Shown here one piece after another: positions 51,410 through 63,180 of a stretch of 64,000 bases of DNA (positions within the stretch are counted from its first letter, which is position 1; the number at the start of each line of letters is the position of its first letter). Origin of the DNA: Hormiphora californensis (lineage: Eukaryota; Animalia; Ctenophora); NCBI GenBank assembly GCA_020137815.1, contig CM035353.1, positions 7,130,001-7,194,000 of the forward strand. The letters run 5' to 3'. Made by a program: the position numbers and the translations under genes. The notes beneath the pieces are model-generated. The model was not told where the DNA came from. It did no database searches and was given only the letters and a program-made list of their open reading frames with translations.

Positions 51410-52672
51410 TCATTTTAACATGGATTTATTTAACCAGGGCAGTGTTTGAAACGCTTGATAAACCGGCAGATGGACCAGATTCATACCCCGGAACCGTTGG
51501 AAGGCGCATTGAGAACGATGCTGAGCTACAGCTCCATGGAATACCAGTCAGGGGGGATTTCGTCCCTATTCCAGTGGAGTTTGCCCTGATGCCGGATGTT
51601 GTTCTCACAACCCTAAATCAGGACGCTCAGAAGCTGCTGAAAATGTGCCACTATGTGACGCAAGGTAAATTAGAATTATAGATTATTTGAGTAGCAACAA
51701 GTTGAGAAAGTTCTAATTTTTTATTGTTTCGCTGACAAAATCTAACTACAATACTTGTGTTCACAGATCCGGCAGCATTCCCCCAAATTCTGGCAAGGCA
51801 AACTATCGGTAATGTCCACTCTGCCAGATGGATGAATCTTGGGACCAGACTCATCCGCCTGTATGTCACCATGACTCCCTCAGATCCAGATTACACTGCT
51901 GTTCGGGACCTTGTGACGTTTATTACCAGCTACTATGCTAAGGTTAGTCGGTCATTAATTGGGACGTATAAACCAATTATTCACGAAGCTCCAATCAGAT
52001 AATACAATTTCATAATCTGGAGTCTCCATTTGGTAACAAAATATACTGCTTCAGCTGTTTTCGAGTGTGATGTATAACTGGAGAATAGAACAGGGAGCGG
52101 CCCACATTCTACGGGCAGTTCAGCTATCACGGGAGATGGAGAATGTTCGTCAGAGGAAAGCAGTTCAACATTCTCTCCAGAATAACCCATACTTTGGACA
52201 CCCAACTAATGTACTGTTAGGGATGCTAGGTAACAAACAAAGTGCCAATTGATTTACACATAAAATTGTTAATGATAAATACATCGATTTGTTTGTGTCA
52301 CTGTCATTACTATAATTTTTCACAGGTAATGAAGATGTTGCAGTCAGGCGACAGGCAATATTGATAATAGAGGAAATCCGAGCGCTACCAGTAAACCGGA
52401 GTGACAGGAAATTCCATAAACCTAAACTGAATTTTAAGGCAGAATCACTTTTTGACCTTACTATCCTCAAGAAGGTATGTGACAACATTAACATTAATAT
52501 ATGTTTAGTAAAAACTAATTAAAACGCAGCGCAATAGAAGTTCCTTTAAAAGGACCGCGGAAAGGGATGACGTTATCGTAGATCAAATCTGATGACAGAT
52601 TCGGAATCAGCGTGAAAAAATACGTCTAGTCATTGCTATGCCAAAAAAATGATTTCAAAACCCAACACTCTA
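48573..52672 (+). mobile_element. hAT-superfamily DNA transposon (4100 bp), ~150-bp TIRs, 8-bp TSD ATAGGCGA
   Basis: ataggcga|tagagtgttgggttttgaaatc...gatttcaaaacccaacactcta|ataggcga. Confidence 0.93.
48800..52474 (+). pseudogene. Multi-exon hAT-type transposase, 3'-truncated (5' exons approximate)
   Basis: Spliced motifs IYADCKED, VVGCDGTSVNTG, LQWSVCLLHQFELNMR, GPDSYPGTVG, HSARWMNLGTRLIRLYV, NNPYFGHPTNVLLGML, RRQAILII. The last donor (52475) runs into the TIR and no catalytic Glu exon is visible. Confidence 0.75.
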
Positions 52673-55600
52673 ATAGGCGAGCCTTAGAGGGAATTGAAGT
52701 CTTTGCAATTTGAAAGGTAAGGCGGTATCAGAGGGTGTTAACTTGATACGTGGTATGAATGCCTTCTTTCCTAAAAACTTAGAGTTACCACTGATAACGG
52801 AAACTTCGATAACAGAGTTACCGAGGGATTCAACTCGTAGGCGGGTGCCGTTACAAAGACCTGATTTGGAGTCAAGGTTACGAAGTAACATTACAGTGCA
52901 ACCCTTTTTCAGCTTGAGACAGTGAGCGGGCATCCCACTGGGGTTAACGCTATTCAGAAACTCTGTGGTGAGGTTAGATATTTCGTTAGAGTCGTCCTCA
53001 ATCACTGTATCAATACTTCGGTACTCTCTGGGAGAAGTGTTAGGCTCAAAGATTTTCAGAATCTTATCATTCAACTTATTCACATCCTGATTGAGAGGTG
53101 TTACAATGACAGAGCGGGTCCTGTCAACAGAAAAGTCAGGGAAAACAGCAGTCACAATATCATTAGTTACATTGCACTGAGGGGGGATGTCAATTTGCAT
53201 CCTGGTGGCATCTGGATGGGTACTACACAAAGTACCATCACCAAGCTGCAAAAGCCAATCTTTAAACTCGAGTTCAGACGGATCTGCTCTTACATTTACC
53301 GTTAAGTCCAGGGGTTTCACATGATTCCATAGTGGGGAATTGAATGCACAGTTCTCTAATATGCCTTTAACAGATGATTTAGGGGTCACGGGTAGAGTCT
53401 GGCGAAAATCACCTGCAAGAACAATTAGTTTGCCTCCAAAGGGAACACTGTTGCCAGTGATGTCCCGGAGGAGAACATCTATTGCACGAAGGGCATGAAG
53501 GGGGATCATGGACGCCTCGTCAATGAAAATCATACTCAGAGATCGAAGATATTCTGCCTGCTTGGAGGTAGGTTTAACATCGCATACAGACGTACACGTA
53601 ATTGGAACAGGTAACTTGAACATGGAATGAGTAGTTACCCCATCTTCCAACAGAGTGGCAGCAATCCCAGTCCATGCACAATTTCCAAACTTAAGACTGT
53701 GTCCTTTACAGTAGGTAGACAATGTGTTGGCGAGGAATGTTTTTCCACAGCCACCGGAAGCGTAAATGAAGTATAGACGGGGTCGGTCCAAACAACATAC
53801 ATTACCATATGAGTCGAGCTCGTGCTTTAGCGTATCTGCAATAAAACGCTGGTCTGTGTTAAGCATGTCCCAAGCGTCTTCAGCATCTAACATGTAGTCA
53901 AACTCGTCTCGGCTGTCATTATCAATAGCTTCCAGAGACGGCATAAAATCAGGTGATACAATATTAAAATTAGATAGGGGTACCCTGTAATTTCTCATTA
54001 GTAGGTTGTTCATATCATAGCGTGCCCTGCGAGAAGCTTCACGCTGTGTCAAACCGTGAAAATGCACATAGTCCTCACTGAGGTCATCTTGAAACCAATC
54101 CCACAAATCTTTGGCTTCAGGGGGGTTGCAGTTGGCCAATAAAGTCACAAACAGGAACCGGAGTTGGGCAGGCATTGCAGTAACACTGGCCTCCTCCAGA
54201 CAGTTGAACCACTCATCATTGGACTCCAAGAGACCATGGGCACGACACGCCTCTTCAAAAGTGTAGTAAACGGTATCATTATACGTTCTCAAATCTTTAA
54301 AAGAGGTCGCTCCCCTCACACGGAGGAGAAGTAAACGAAGGTAAAATCGCTCAAGGTCACGGGGGGTAACATAATACATACGGGGGATAATTTTCAAAGA
54401 GTCAGGATCCCCGATATTATTCTTACGCTTAGTGAAGCCCTTGGCACGCTCATAAGTATAGTGATAGGGTATCTCTACGTACAGGTACTGCCGGGCAACA
54501 CTATCCTTAGCATTTAGTGAAAACCAATGGGTTAGTGTTGTACCTTGTTGTCGATCCAACACATCTTCGGGTAACTCATTGTCCCTAAAGTACACAACTT
54601 CCTGATTAGGCAGGTGAACAGCAAGTCGTTGTACAGCATGGCTTCTCGAGGCCAGAGACAGTTCCCTAATACGCCACATAGCTTCGGGAGCACTGATATA
54701 TCTGCAGTCAACAAACTCTTTTATTTCGTCAACCTGATCACGGGAAGACTTTTCAATGTGGGCACAATCATAACCCTTGTGGATGTATTTAAACATGTAT
54801 TTAATGGTCTTTACAGACATACACGCCTCAACATTGATATGAGCATTAAACTTGTAAAGGAGGTAAGGGTTATAAGGAACAACATGGCTGTTGTTGAATT
54901 CTTTACCATTCTTAACAACAGTTCTACCGTTATCAGGACGCTTGTACTGAACACGTCCGTCATTGTTAAACGTAGTCACATCGGAAAACATTTTCGGAAA
55001 ATCTTTGGAGCACTTTCCGTCTTGCTTACACCTTGTATCACTACACTCATGGAGCATAGACGTAGTAACAATTTTATGTAATTCAGGTTCTGTAACGGGG
55101 TCAGGAATGTCAGCCCTGATATACTTATCGATATGCTCTACAGCTCTGAACTTGTAGCCATCCTTTAGCCAAACCGCAATGTGGGTGTGAGGAAGGCCAC
55201 GCTTTTGAAATTCAATAACTCCAGATACAGCTTGCTGCTCTCCAAAAGCGACCTTAAGGTCCTCATGAAACTCTTTTAAATGGAGGTTAAAAGCGGCCGC
55301 TACAATATCAGGCCTATCAGACGCAGTAAGGGGTGTGTCACTGCTCACACGATGGACAGTGGAGGTTGTACCATCTTCATTCTGTACCTGGAATCCCTCG
55401 TTACCAAGATTTGTTACAATATCAGGGTGTTTGGGGTTACATGTAAACGTGATAAATAGATCAGGCTTAGAAAACTTGGCTGTCATGGCCATTGAGTCCT
55501 GGTACTGTTGCTGCATCCAGCGCTTACCTCCTGTAAAGGACGAAGGCAGTACAGTGGGAACGCCAGCAGACAATCCAGTAGGGTTTATCTGTTCGGATTC

Positions 55601-55809
55601 GTGATGTTCCATATAACCTTCAGCAGTATCCTTACGGTAACTGAACTTATCTTGCATCTTAGTGCTGCGCAAATAACCCAACCTGCCAGACTCGATTCGT
55701 ACCTGACAATCTACAACATACTGTTGAAACAGTTTTCTACTGTAGTGTAATGGTGAGAATGGTGTAGCTCTAAAAGCAGTGCGATACTGAGCAAAGTCCA
55801 ATTCAGTAA

Positions 55810-56032
55810 GGGTCCAGTTAGAGATTTTGCGACTGACGTTAGTTACAATGAAGCAGGCCCCTGCTGACACTGCTGACACTGCCGCGCGTGCTACTTTAGA
55901 TGCAAATCACATCGAAAACCCTGCTAGTCAACGAAGATTTGGCGCGCACAGGGACTCTCCCAGCTTGCGCCAGTTGCAGACTGGAGGCTGGCGCCAGAAA
56001 CTGGAGCCAGCCTCCAATCTGCAACTGGAGCG
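55810..56032. mobile_element. PIF/Harbinger-like MITE with TAA TSD inside RepHel
   Basis: taa|gggtccagttagagatt...aatctgcaactggagcg|taa; excision restores RGKVTELDFAQYR. Confidence 0.8.
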
Positions 56033-58221
56033 TAACCTTACCACGGTTACGTCGGTGGATATCGGTAGTCCACCCCTGCTCACCTTGGGGAAATAAAAGG
56101 GGGTAAATCATAGGGTCAAGATGTTGACTACAATGGCTTATTTGACTCAAAGAGAAATCAAGTTTCAAGGGGAATTGAGTCCTAGAGAACGGCACAGATT
56201 GACACACACTGTTAAACGTCTGTCGAGGAACAGAAACAGACTTATTACCACGATCAAATGAACATTGGACAAAATCACGACTAATACTTTTAACAGTCAA
56301 ACGTGTGTTAGTAGTCACGTTAGAAACACCGGGTATTAATGACAACAGTCGAACACAACAACCAATTTTGAGTGTCAACTTGTGTCGTGGTATGTCGGCC
56401 AGGTCCACCCGGTGTAAATCATCAACAGTTGCGCCGGTGGAGTGGGGTCCACAGAAGGCGTCATCACTGAGTTGTACATAGGAGTCCTTTTTAATAGAAT
56501 CCAGAGCATGTTCAGCATCGGTATACACCGTAAATCCTGGCATTTTCGGCAATCCAGAGCTACCATCAAATACCGCCGCCACATCCCCTTCATGGATTGG
56601 TTCATTGTATCTCTTCGGATCGCTTCCTCGGCGGAAGTACATAAAGACTGATTTAGATTCAGTATCACCGGCTCGTGCCTTCATATCTCGCTCAATGTCT
56701 GCCATTCGAATGAAGGCGGCTCTATACGGGTTATCAACATTTGACAACACTCGAGAGACCAACGACATGAGGCTCTTTGAGCAACCACTGTTGAAAGGGT
56801 TGTTCACACGTGCTTGTTCAGCACCACTGCCCTCAAGGACATACAACTGGCAGTACGACGGATTTGAATCGTGAAGGGTACTGACACAGTATCTAATATC
56901 TCCGTGAACACGGAACACATACGGACCTGGCCCCAGTAGTCTGTCTTCGTTACAGTTCATAGACGCAAAGGCGAATGCCGAATTAAAATTTCTAATAAAG
57001 TCATGAAACTTACGGGGATGAACAGTAAACGCTGGGTCGGTATTATACCCGAGCAATAGGTCCTTAAGCTCCTCTGGATAGGGCTTCAAAATGGAAGGAG
57101 TCGGGATCAGTGTCTTGCCATTGCTGCAACACGTGTCGCTCCTTCCCAACTCACGTTCAAATAGCAGCGCGCCACAGTCTTTTGTGCAGGGCTTATCACG
57201 TAAACCTGTAGTAAAAGGGTCGGGGCGGTTATTAATATCAACAGCACCCCTTTCAAGCTGATCAAGTAAAGAACGTCGCTCTCGCGCTCGTCTCAAATCC
57301 CTTTGGCGGGCGTTTCGCTCGGCACGCTCTTCAACCGTTAGGGCAGCTGCCCGTACACGGCGGGTGGCGTTAACAGTGACGGCATTAGCCGCATGATACT
57401 GCCTTTGATACTCATTTGTTGCGTCGGCAGTAGTAGCACGGTTCTCCCTCCGAGACTCGTTGATACTCTCGGCATTTTCAGCATGATGCTGCCTCCGCGC
57501 CTCATTATCAGTATCGGCATTTTCAGCTCGCCGTTGTCTCCTGGTGGAATTGATAGAGTCAGCGTTTTCAGCATCACGGGCTCTCCGGCCACTATTCAGT
57601 ACTTCCCTATCGCTATCACTCATGCTATCAGAAGAGTCACTATACTGTGCTCGACGGGACTCCAATTCCAATCTGCGGTCAGTACTGGTCTGCCGTTCAC
57701 GGCGCTTAGCATGTGTACGCTGTTTTTCACCGCGTCGCAATTCTAAAAGAATGTTATTCAGCACATTCTGATGGTTAGGGTGCTGGCCAATCTCCTCATC
57801 ATCGGAAGAAGAAGAGCTCTCGATAACATTGGCTGCACTCCGATTGTTTAAAAGATTTCTGCTGGTTGTAGGTTGTTCGTCATCGATGTCGGTGTCTGGC
57901 ATTGTTTTAAAACGAAACAGGATGACTTTTTTGTGTTTTTGAAACTTTTTGAGTGAAAAAAGTTTTTTTTGGAAAAATTGATTTTTTGATATTTTTGACT
58001 GCGAGCGCGCGGCGCTAGGCTGTTAAAAAACGCGCGCGCACGTTTGCGTCGTATTACCACGCACTTCGCGTGTGCGCGCAAAGTTTGCTAAAGGAGCAGA
58101 CTGTCGCTTAGATACCGCCTAACGAACGGCCACCACTTCGACGTTCATCTCCAAATTATAATAGAGATTGCAGTGTGTGTACAGCTATGTGATTTGATTT
58201 TAACCAATTTTCCAAATTTTG

Positions 58222-58262
58222 TAGGCTGAGGAAGATGTTGTAACATCGAAACTGTTCGTTAA
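58222..58262 (+). ncRNA. Candidate minimal type-I hammerhead ribozyme in the Penelope terminal repeat (second copy on minus, ~36254-36294)
   Basis: CTGAGGA-a-gatgtt-gt-aacatc-GAAAC followed by aataaa, in sense orientation downstream of the GIY-YIG ORF. Stems I and III are weak. Confidence 0.5.
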
Positions 58263-58869
58263 TAAAAACACCGCTTTTCATTTTGTCCTGATTGATTGAA
58301 GCCGGAAGGAGATATCATCCCAACAAACAAAACTAACAAGATGTGATGAAAAAAAGGGAAAAAAAAGATGATAAAAAGATGATTTAATGATGAGTCAACA
58401 AATTCTGATAAAATGAAGAAACAATGATAATTGACAAAATTAATCATATATAATAGTCACTCGTTACGTCTACTGAATTTGACTAAATAAAGCCTATCTT
58501 CTTCAGATATTCAAAACATCTACGGCCTACACTCGATTCTCTCTTTTCTCACGTGGATTATTAATTATTTATTCAGTCTAAAATAGATCCTTTTTTGATA
58601 AACGCAACCGTGTGAAGGAAACTCGCACATAGTTTCATATCGTTACTCCTCTTTGTGTATATTGTGTCAAGACATTAAGCAAATTGTCTCTCTCCACCAG
58701 CATGTCAATATCCTTATTAAACTCGGAAAGGCTTTCCCGGGCGTGAGTTCCACACAGGACCATGTCCGAGTGTTGGTCGATTTCATAGTATTGAAAGTGA
58801 ATTTCATTGATATAAAGAAATTATAAAGGCTTGGTAAGGCAAACACATCATAGTAAACATATTGCACCA

Positions 58870-59511
58870 CTAAATATACAAACATACCGTTTTTAATTCG
58901 ATATCAATATCCCCTCTTACCGATGACAAATCATCCTCCACCATAGCTGGGAAATCATGCGGGAGTGGCAGTTCCCAGATGGACATCAGGCACGCCACCC
59001 GGAGTGACTCCTTAATCCCTCCTCTTCCTAGGAGCGCCTCTAACTCCTCGTCCTCCCACGGGAACAGTTCCAGGTGCCTCGCTGCTTGGCCGGCCATCCT
59101 GAAAGACGAATTAGGTTTAGCTTTCAATACATCCATCAAAACTCTGTGAATGTTTACTCTCCATAGCTGAATCTTTTCCTTAAGGAGGGTTGGTCCATTT
59201 ATTATAATTGCCCTCCTTGATGACAGACTCCACTGCCTTCCCACGTCAGGAGACTCAGTACTATGACCATGATATCTTCAGATAAGACATGGCTTTAATG
59301 CATATATATATATATATATAACCTTTATATGTATAACCTTTATATTAACTAAATTAATTAATCATAACATAATTGGATCTAAATCTTTTCCTTCTGGGAG
59401 CCGGGTGGTCCTCCTTGTTCTCTTACAGACTGAACTGCATGATAACAGCTCTTCCCACGTAAGATAACTCAAAATTATCACCAAGATCTCTCCGGGCAAG
59501 AGAATTAACAT
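58870..59511 (-). pseudogene. F-box gene remnant(s)
   Basis: MLILLPGEILVIILSYLTWEELLSCSSVCKR (59511 downward), a second eroded copy LSEDIMVIVLSLLTWE at ~59240-59290, then an ~110-codon open segment. Confidence 0.65.
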
Positions 59512-60540
59512 ATTGGCTCTGATGCATGACGGAGTAAATTTAGACGGTTTCAGTGTTACCTGGCAATAGAGCAGCTCGACCTTGTCGCAAATAAAAAACA
59601 CACAATGTCCATAGCCTCATGAATGAGGTCCTCCTGTCGTGCCCCCCAAGTCGTCTTCTACAATGGCTCGGGTCCTCTCTGGGATTACTAGCCCCCTGCG
59701 CGAGTTACTTCTATTCTCACCCTCGTCCTAATATCGTAATACTGTTTAGCCTGGGTTTTTACGGACCTATTCACAGCAGTCATGTTATTTATTATATTGT
59801 TTAACGATAATATTTCTTTGGCTACATAGTTTAAGGGGAAAAAAGTGTTCGCGATCTTGAGAACTCCGTCAGATTCCATTTTCAGACATCGGATGCCTCC
59901 TACTGCTTCGAGCGTTAGATATTCTGCTGGGGGTAACAATGTCCGTTTCTATCCAGAATAATTCATTTCTGTACCGTTGAGGTGTATTATTTTAAGGGAA
60001 AAGTGAGGGTTGGGTATTCGTGCCAGTTATCCAAACTCCTCCCTGGTACATATCATTATCCGTCAATAGTAATGAATCTTAATGAATCTTAATGAATACC
60101 AATCAAACAAAGTTTAGTTTCTCTATTTGATAGAATAATAAAACTAACAAGATGTGATGAAAAGAAGAAAAAAAGATGATAAAAAGATGATTTACTGATG
60201 AGTCAACAAATTCTGGTAAAATGAAGAAACAATAATAATTGACAAAATTAACCATATAATAGTCACTCGAAGTCTACTAAATAAAGCCTATCTTCTACAG
60301 ATATATTCAAAACATTTACGGCCTACACTGGACTATCTCTTTTCTCACGAGGATTAACTATTTATTCAGTCTAAAATGTATTCATTTTTTAATAAACGCA
60401 ACCGTGTGAAGAAAACTCAGCATGTCATTTTCCAGCATGTAATTTTCCAACATGTCAATATCCTTATTAAACTCGGAAAGGCTTTCCCGGGCGTGAGTTC
60501 CACACAGGGCCATTTCCGAGTGTTGGTCGATTTCATAGTA

Positions 60541-61734
60541 CCGTGTGGGGCAATAAAAATGCCCCCCCCAAGTCTACCATAGTTCCAGATATCGTGTAGT
60601 GCTAAAATTTGGTACATTAACTCTATGAGACAAATAAATAACTTGGCCAAAATTTCAGACCTCTAGCTCAAAATTCATTTTTTTGTTCGGAATGAACATT
60701 GCCATTCATTCTAGGAAAAAAATATTTTCCGGTCCAAAATTTAACTAACTAGCGCACCCACCGGGTGCGCCTCAAGTAAGGGCTGTTGACAACCCACCCG
60801 GCTCCGCCGGGTGGTTCTCTGGGGCGCTCTTCATTCACATACTTAACGCCAAAATTATGGTTGTCATGGCAACTGAAGCGGTAACTATGGGGACTAAACC
60901 CGGACTGAATTGTTAAAATTCATCCGAAAGTATTCACAAACTCCCAAAAGTGTGAAATACAGCTTTACAGCTTTGGTCACATAAAGTATTTTATGAAGGA
61001 GCAGTCTGTCGCTTAGATACCGCCTAACGAACGGCCATCACGACGTTCATCTCCAAATTATAATAGAGATTATGTTTGGCTATCGATTTGCTTTCCAATG
61101 GGACCAAGATCAGCTAAATTGGACAAACACAAGAGACACAGTGTCATGTTGCTTTAAGTTAGTCAGGTCATGTGATCTTCACCGAATCGTTGAGTTTCCG
61201 GGATTGCTAATCGGGCCAATGGGCAAAGGAATCTCGTATCATGGCCGCTAATTGGGTATGTGTACCAATACAGGGTGATTCGAGGAAAGAGGACATTTAT
61301 CAAAGAGCTACAGATCTCATGACCAATCAGCATCGTCATCCCTCATTAGCAGATGTGATACGTGATTCTCTACCACTTAGACCAATTCGTAATACTGAAC
61401 ACGATCAACGATTCAGTGAAGATCACATGACCTGACTAACTTTAAGAAACATGACACTGTGTCTCTTGTGGTTGTCCAATTTAGCTGATCTTGGTCACAT
61501 TGGAAAGCTAATCGATAGCCAAACATAATTGGTTAAATTTTGAACCGGAAAATATTTTTTCCTGGAATGAATGACAATGTTCATTCCGATCAAAAAAATT
61601 AATTTTGAGCTAGAGGTCTGAAATTTTGGTCAAGTTATTTATTTGTCTCATAGAGTTACTGAACCAAATTTTAGCGCTCCACGATATCTGGAACTATGGT
61701 AGACTTGGGGGGGCATTTTTACTGCCCCACACGG
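60541..61734. mobile_element. Tc1/pogo-like foldback element, TA TSD
   Basis: ta|ccgtgtggggcaataaaaatgcccccc...ggggggcatttttactgccccacacgg|ta; empty site 'tttcatagtattgaaag' at ~58781. Confidence 0.85.
60749..61069 (-). mobile_element. 321-bp non-autonomous Helitron of the same family as 39864-58167
   Basis: Shares the ~75-bp 5' end (TCTCTATTATAATTTGGAGATGAACGTC) and a gcgcacc...ggtgcgCTAG 3' hairpin; A|T insertion; the opposite foldback arm (~61520-61545) shows the empty site. Confidence 0.9.
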
Positions 61735-62688
61735 TATGTATACTGAAAGTAAATTTCACGCTCAAATCATTGTCCTAAAAAATCACTGTCCATCACACCC
61801 GCCACATCTAGGAAGGGTGTCCGAAAGAGACACAATAGGGGGTTTGTATCTTCAGGGTGTCCAAAAGAGACACAATCCGACTCGTCTAGCATGTCCGGGA
61901 CAGCCCGAAGGAGGCTGGGGCGTCACTGTCGAACATCGTCTTCCTTACCGCCGTTATGGATGTCCAGATGGTCCCAGGGTCCGCTTCCTCCAGCATATCT
62001 CGTAAATTTCATTGATATAAAGAAATTATAAGCCATAAGGGCTTGGTAAGGCAAACACACCATAGTAAACATATTGCACCACTAAGTATACAAACATACC
62101 GTTGTGTCCTAAATACAGCTGTATTATTTCGGTGTGGATTTTAGTTCGATATCAATCAGATGTGGTAATCCAAGTACTGGCTTTGTTATTACCTTGCCGG
62201 TGCGTGAAGCACGCCAAACGAAGGCCGGGAAGCGGCCTGAGTGTGAGGTGTCTTTTTTCAGTGCAGTCATCCAGGACAAAAACTGCCTTTTGATCCGGTG
62301 CGCTCCTTTTCAGCTTCCAGATATAATAATTACATTAATAATAGTAATAAGATATGGTTTGTTTACTTTCTTAAAGTGGTCTTTCACTTCTTCCTCATTG
62401 CTCCAGTGAGTTTTGTTAAATGACAGTGTTTCTCCTTCTCTTTCTGCTATGCCGTACAGATATAGATAGGATTGGTACAATTGGTCATGCTCGTAGCCAT
62501 CATCAGTATGTTCCTCCTTAATCTCCTCCTTCATGGGATGCATGTTATATGTTAGAATGTAATGTACACACAACAGAGGGAGAGAGTGAGCTTGCATGCA
62601 AAAACTGGGATCCAAATACAATTTATTGTCCCTACAATTTCACAACCGAATTCAAGCACTATTACATGTTGGTGACAAGAATTCCATT

Positions 62689-62820
62689 GTAACGGGAAGA
62701 GTAACGGGAACTGTAACGGGAAGAGTAACGGGAAGAGTAACGGGACTGTAACGGGAACTGTAACGGGAAGAGTAACGGAACTGTAACGGGAACTGTAACG
62801 TGAAGAGTAACTGGAGTAAC
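62689..62820. repeat. 12-bp tandem repeat gtaacgggaa(ga/ct)
   Basis: About eleven units. Confidence 0.9.
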
Positions 62821-62829
62821 TGATTGATT

Positions 62830-63180
62830 CTGTGGGGAATTTTTTTATTTTAAGGCTCATATCACGTGACATTCAAGAGACTCTCCAGAGCTTGTCGTCA
62901 TGGTGATGTTTGTACACAAACATGTAAAGTATCATTTTCGAAGTCTCACTCTCAAAAGTAAACTTCCGATAAACATCTCACTCGTGCTAAAACAAGAACC
63001 GCTTTCCCCCTCAATTCCATAATCGAAGCAGCAAACTGCCTCTATTTCTGGCACCGGGCCACACTGTCCACATTGGCAGTACTGCAGGGGGTCTATAACA
63101 GTTTGGGGGACTTCAGGAACTGTCTGATCAGTCTGAAGATCATCAACTGAATCGTCGTACTCTGAATCATCGTCCGTTTC
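62830..63180 (-). pseudogene. Cys-rich P2RX7-C-terminal/KolX-like fragment
   Basis: Acidic stretch followed by YCQCGQCGPVPEIEAVCCFDYGIEGESGSCFSTSEMF, then a frameshift/stop and ...KIKKFP; fits CxCGxC-x(n)-ExxCC-x(n)-C...IRxxFP. Confidence 0.55.

Larger units (their letters stand above)
48334..57902 (-). pseudogene. Helitron RepHel transposase (HUH/Y2 Rep + Pif1 helicase), split by two insertions
   Basis: FIRNFNSAFAFASM, DPMIYPLLFPQGEQGW, LFQQYVVD, LPSSFTGG, PDLFITFTCNP, EFQKRGLPHTH, KYMFKYIHKG, ASGGCGKT, IDEASM, GDFRQTLPV, QFPLRLAY|[23 protein letters not shown]. Removing 55810-56032 and 48573-52672, each with one TSD copy, gives one continuous frame. Confidence 0.93.
39864..58167 (-). mobile_element. 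18.3-kb Helitron
   Basis: 5' TCTCTATTATAAT at 58167; 3' hairpin gcgcaaccctgggtgcgCTAG ending at 39864; inserted at A|T with no TSD. The uninterrupted site 'cacactgcaa|tactaatataag' is preserved in the left Penelope arm at ~36339. Confidence 0.93.

Noticed and set aside
55810-56032. Programmed frameshift or intron between the two RepHel ORFs
   Set aside because: TIRs plus a TAA duplication, and exact frame restoration on excision, indicate a MITE; no suitable AG acceptor at the boundary.
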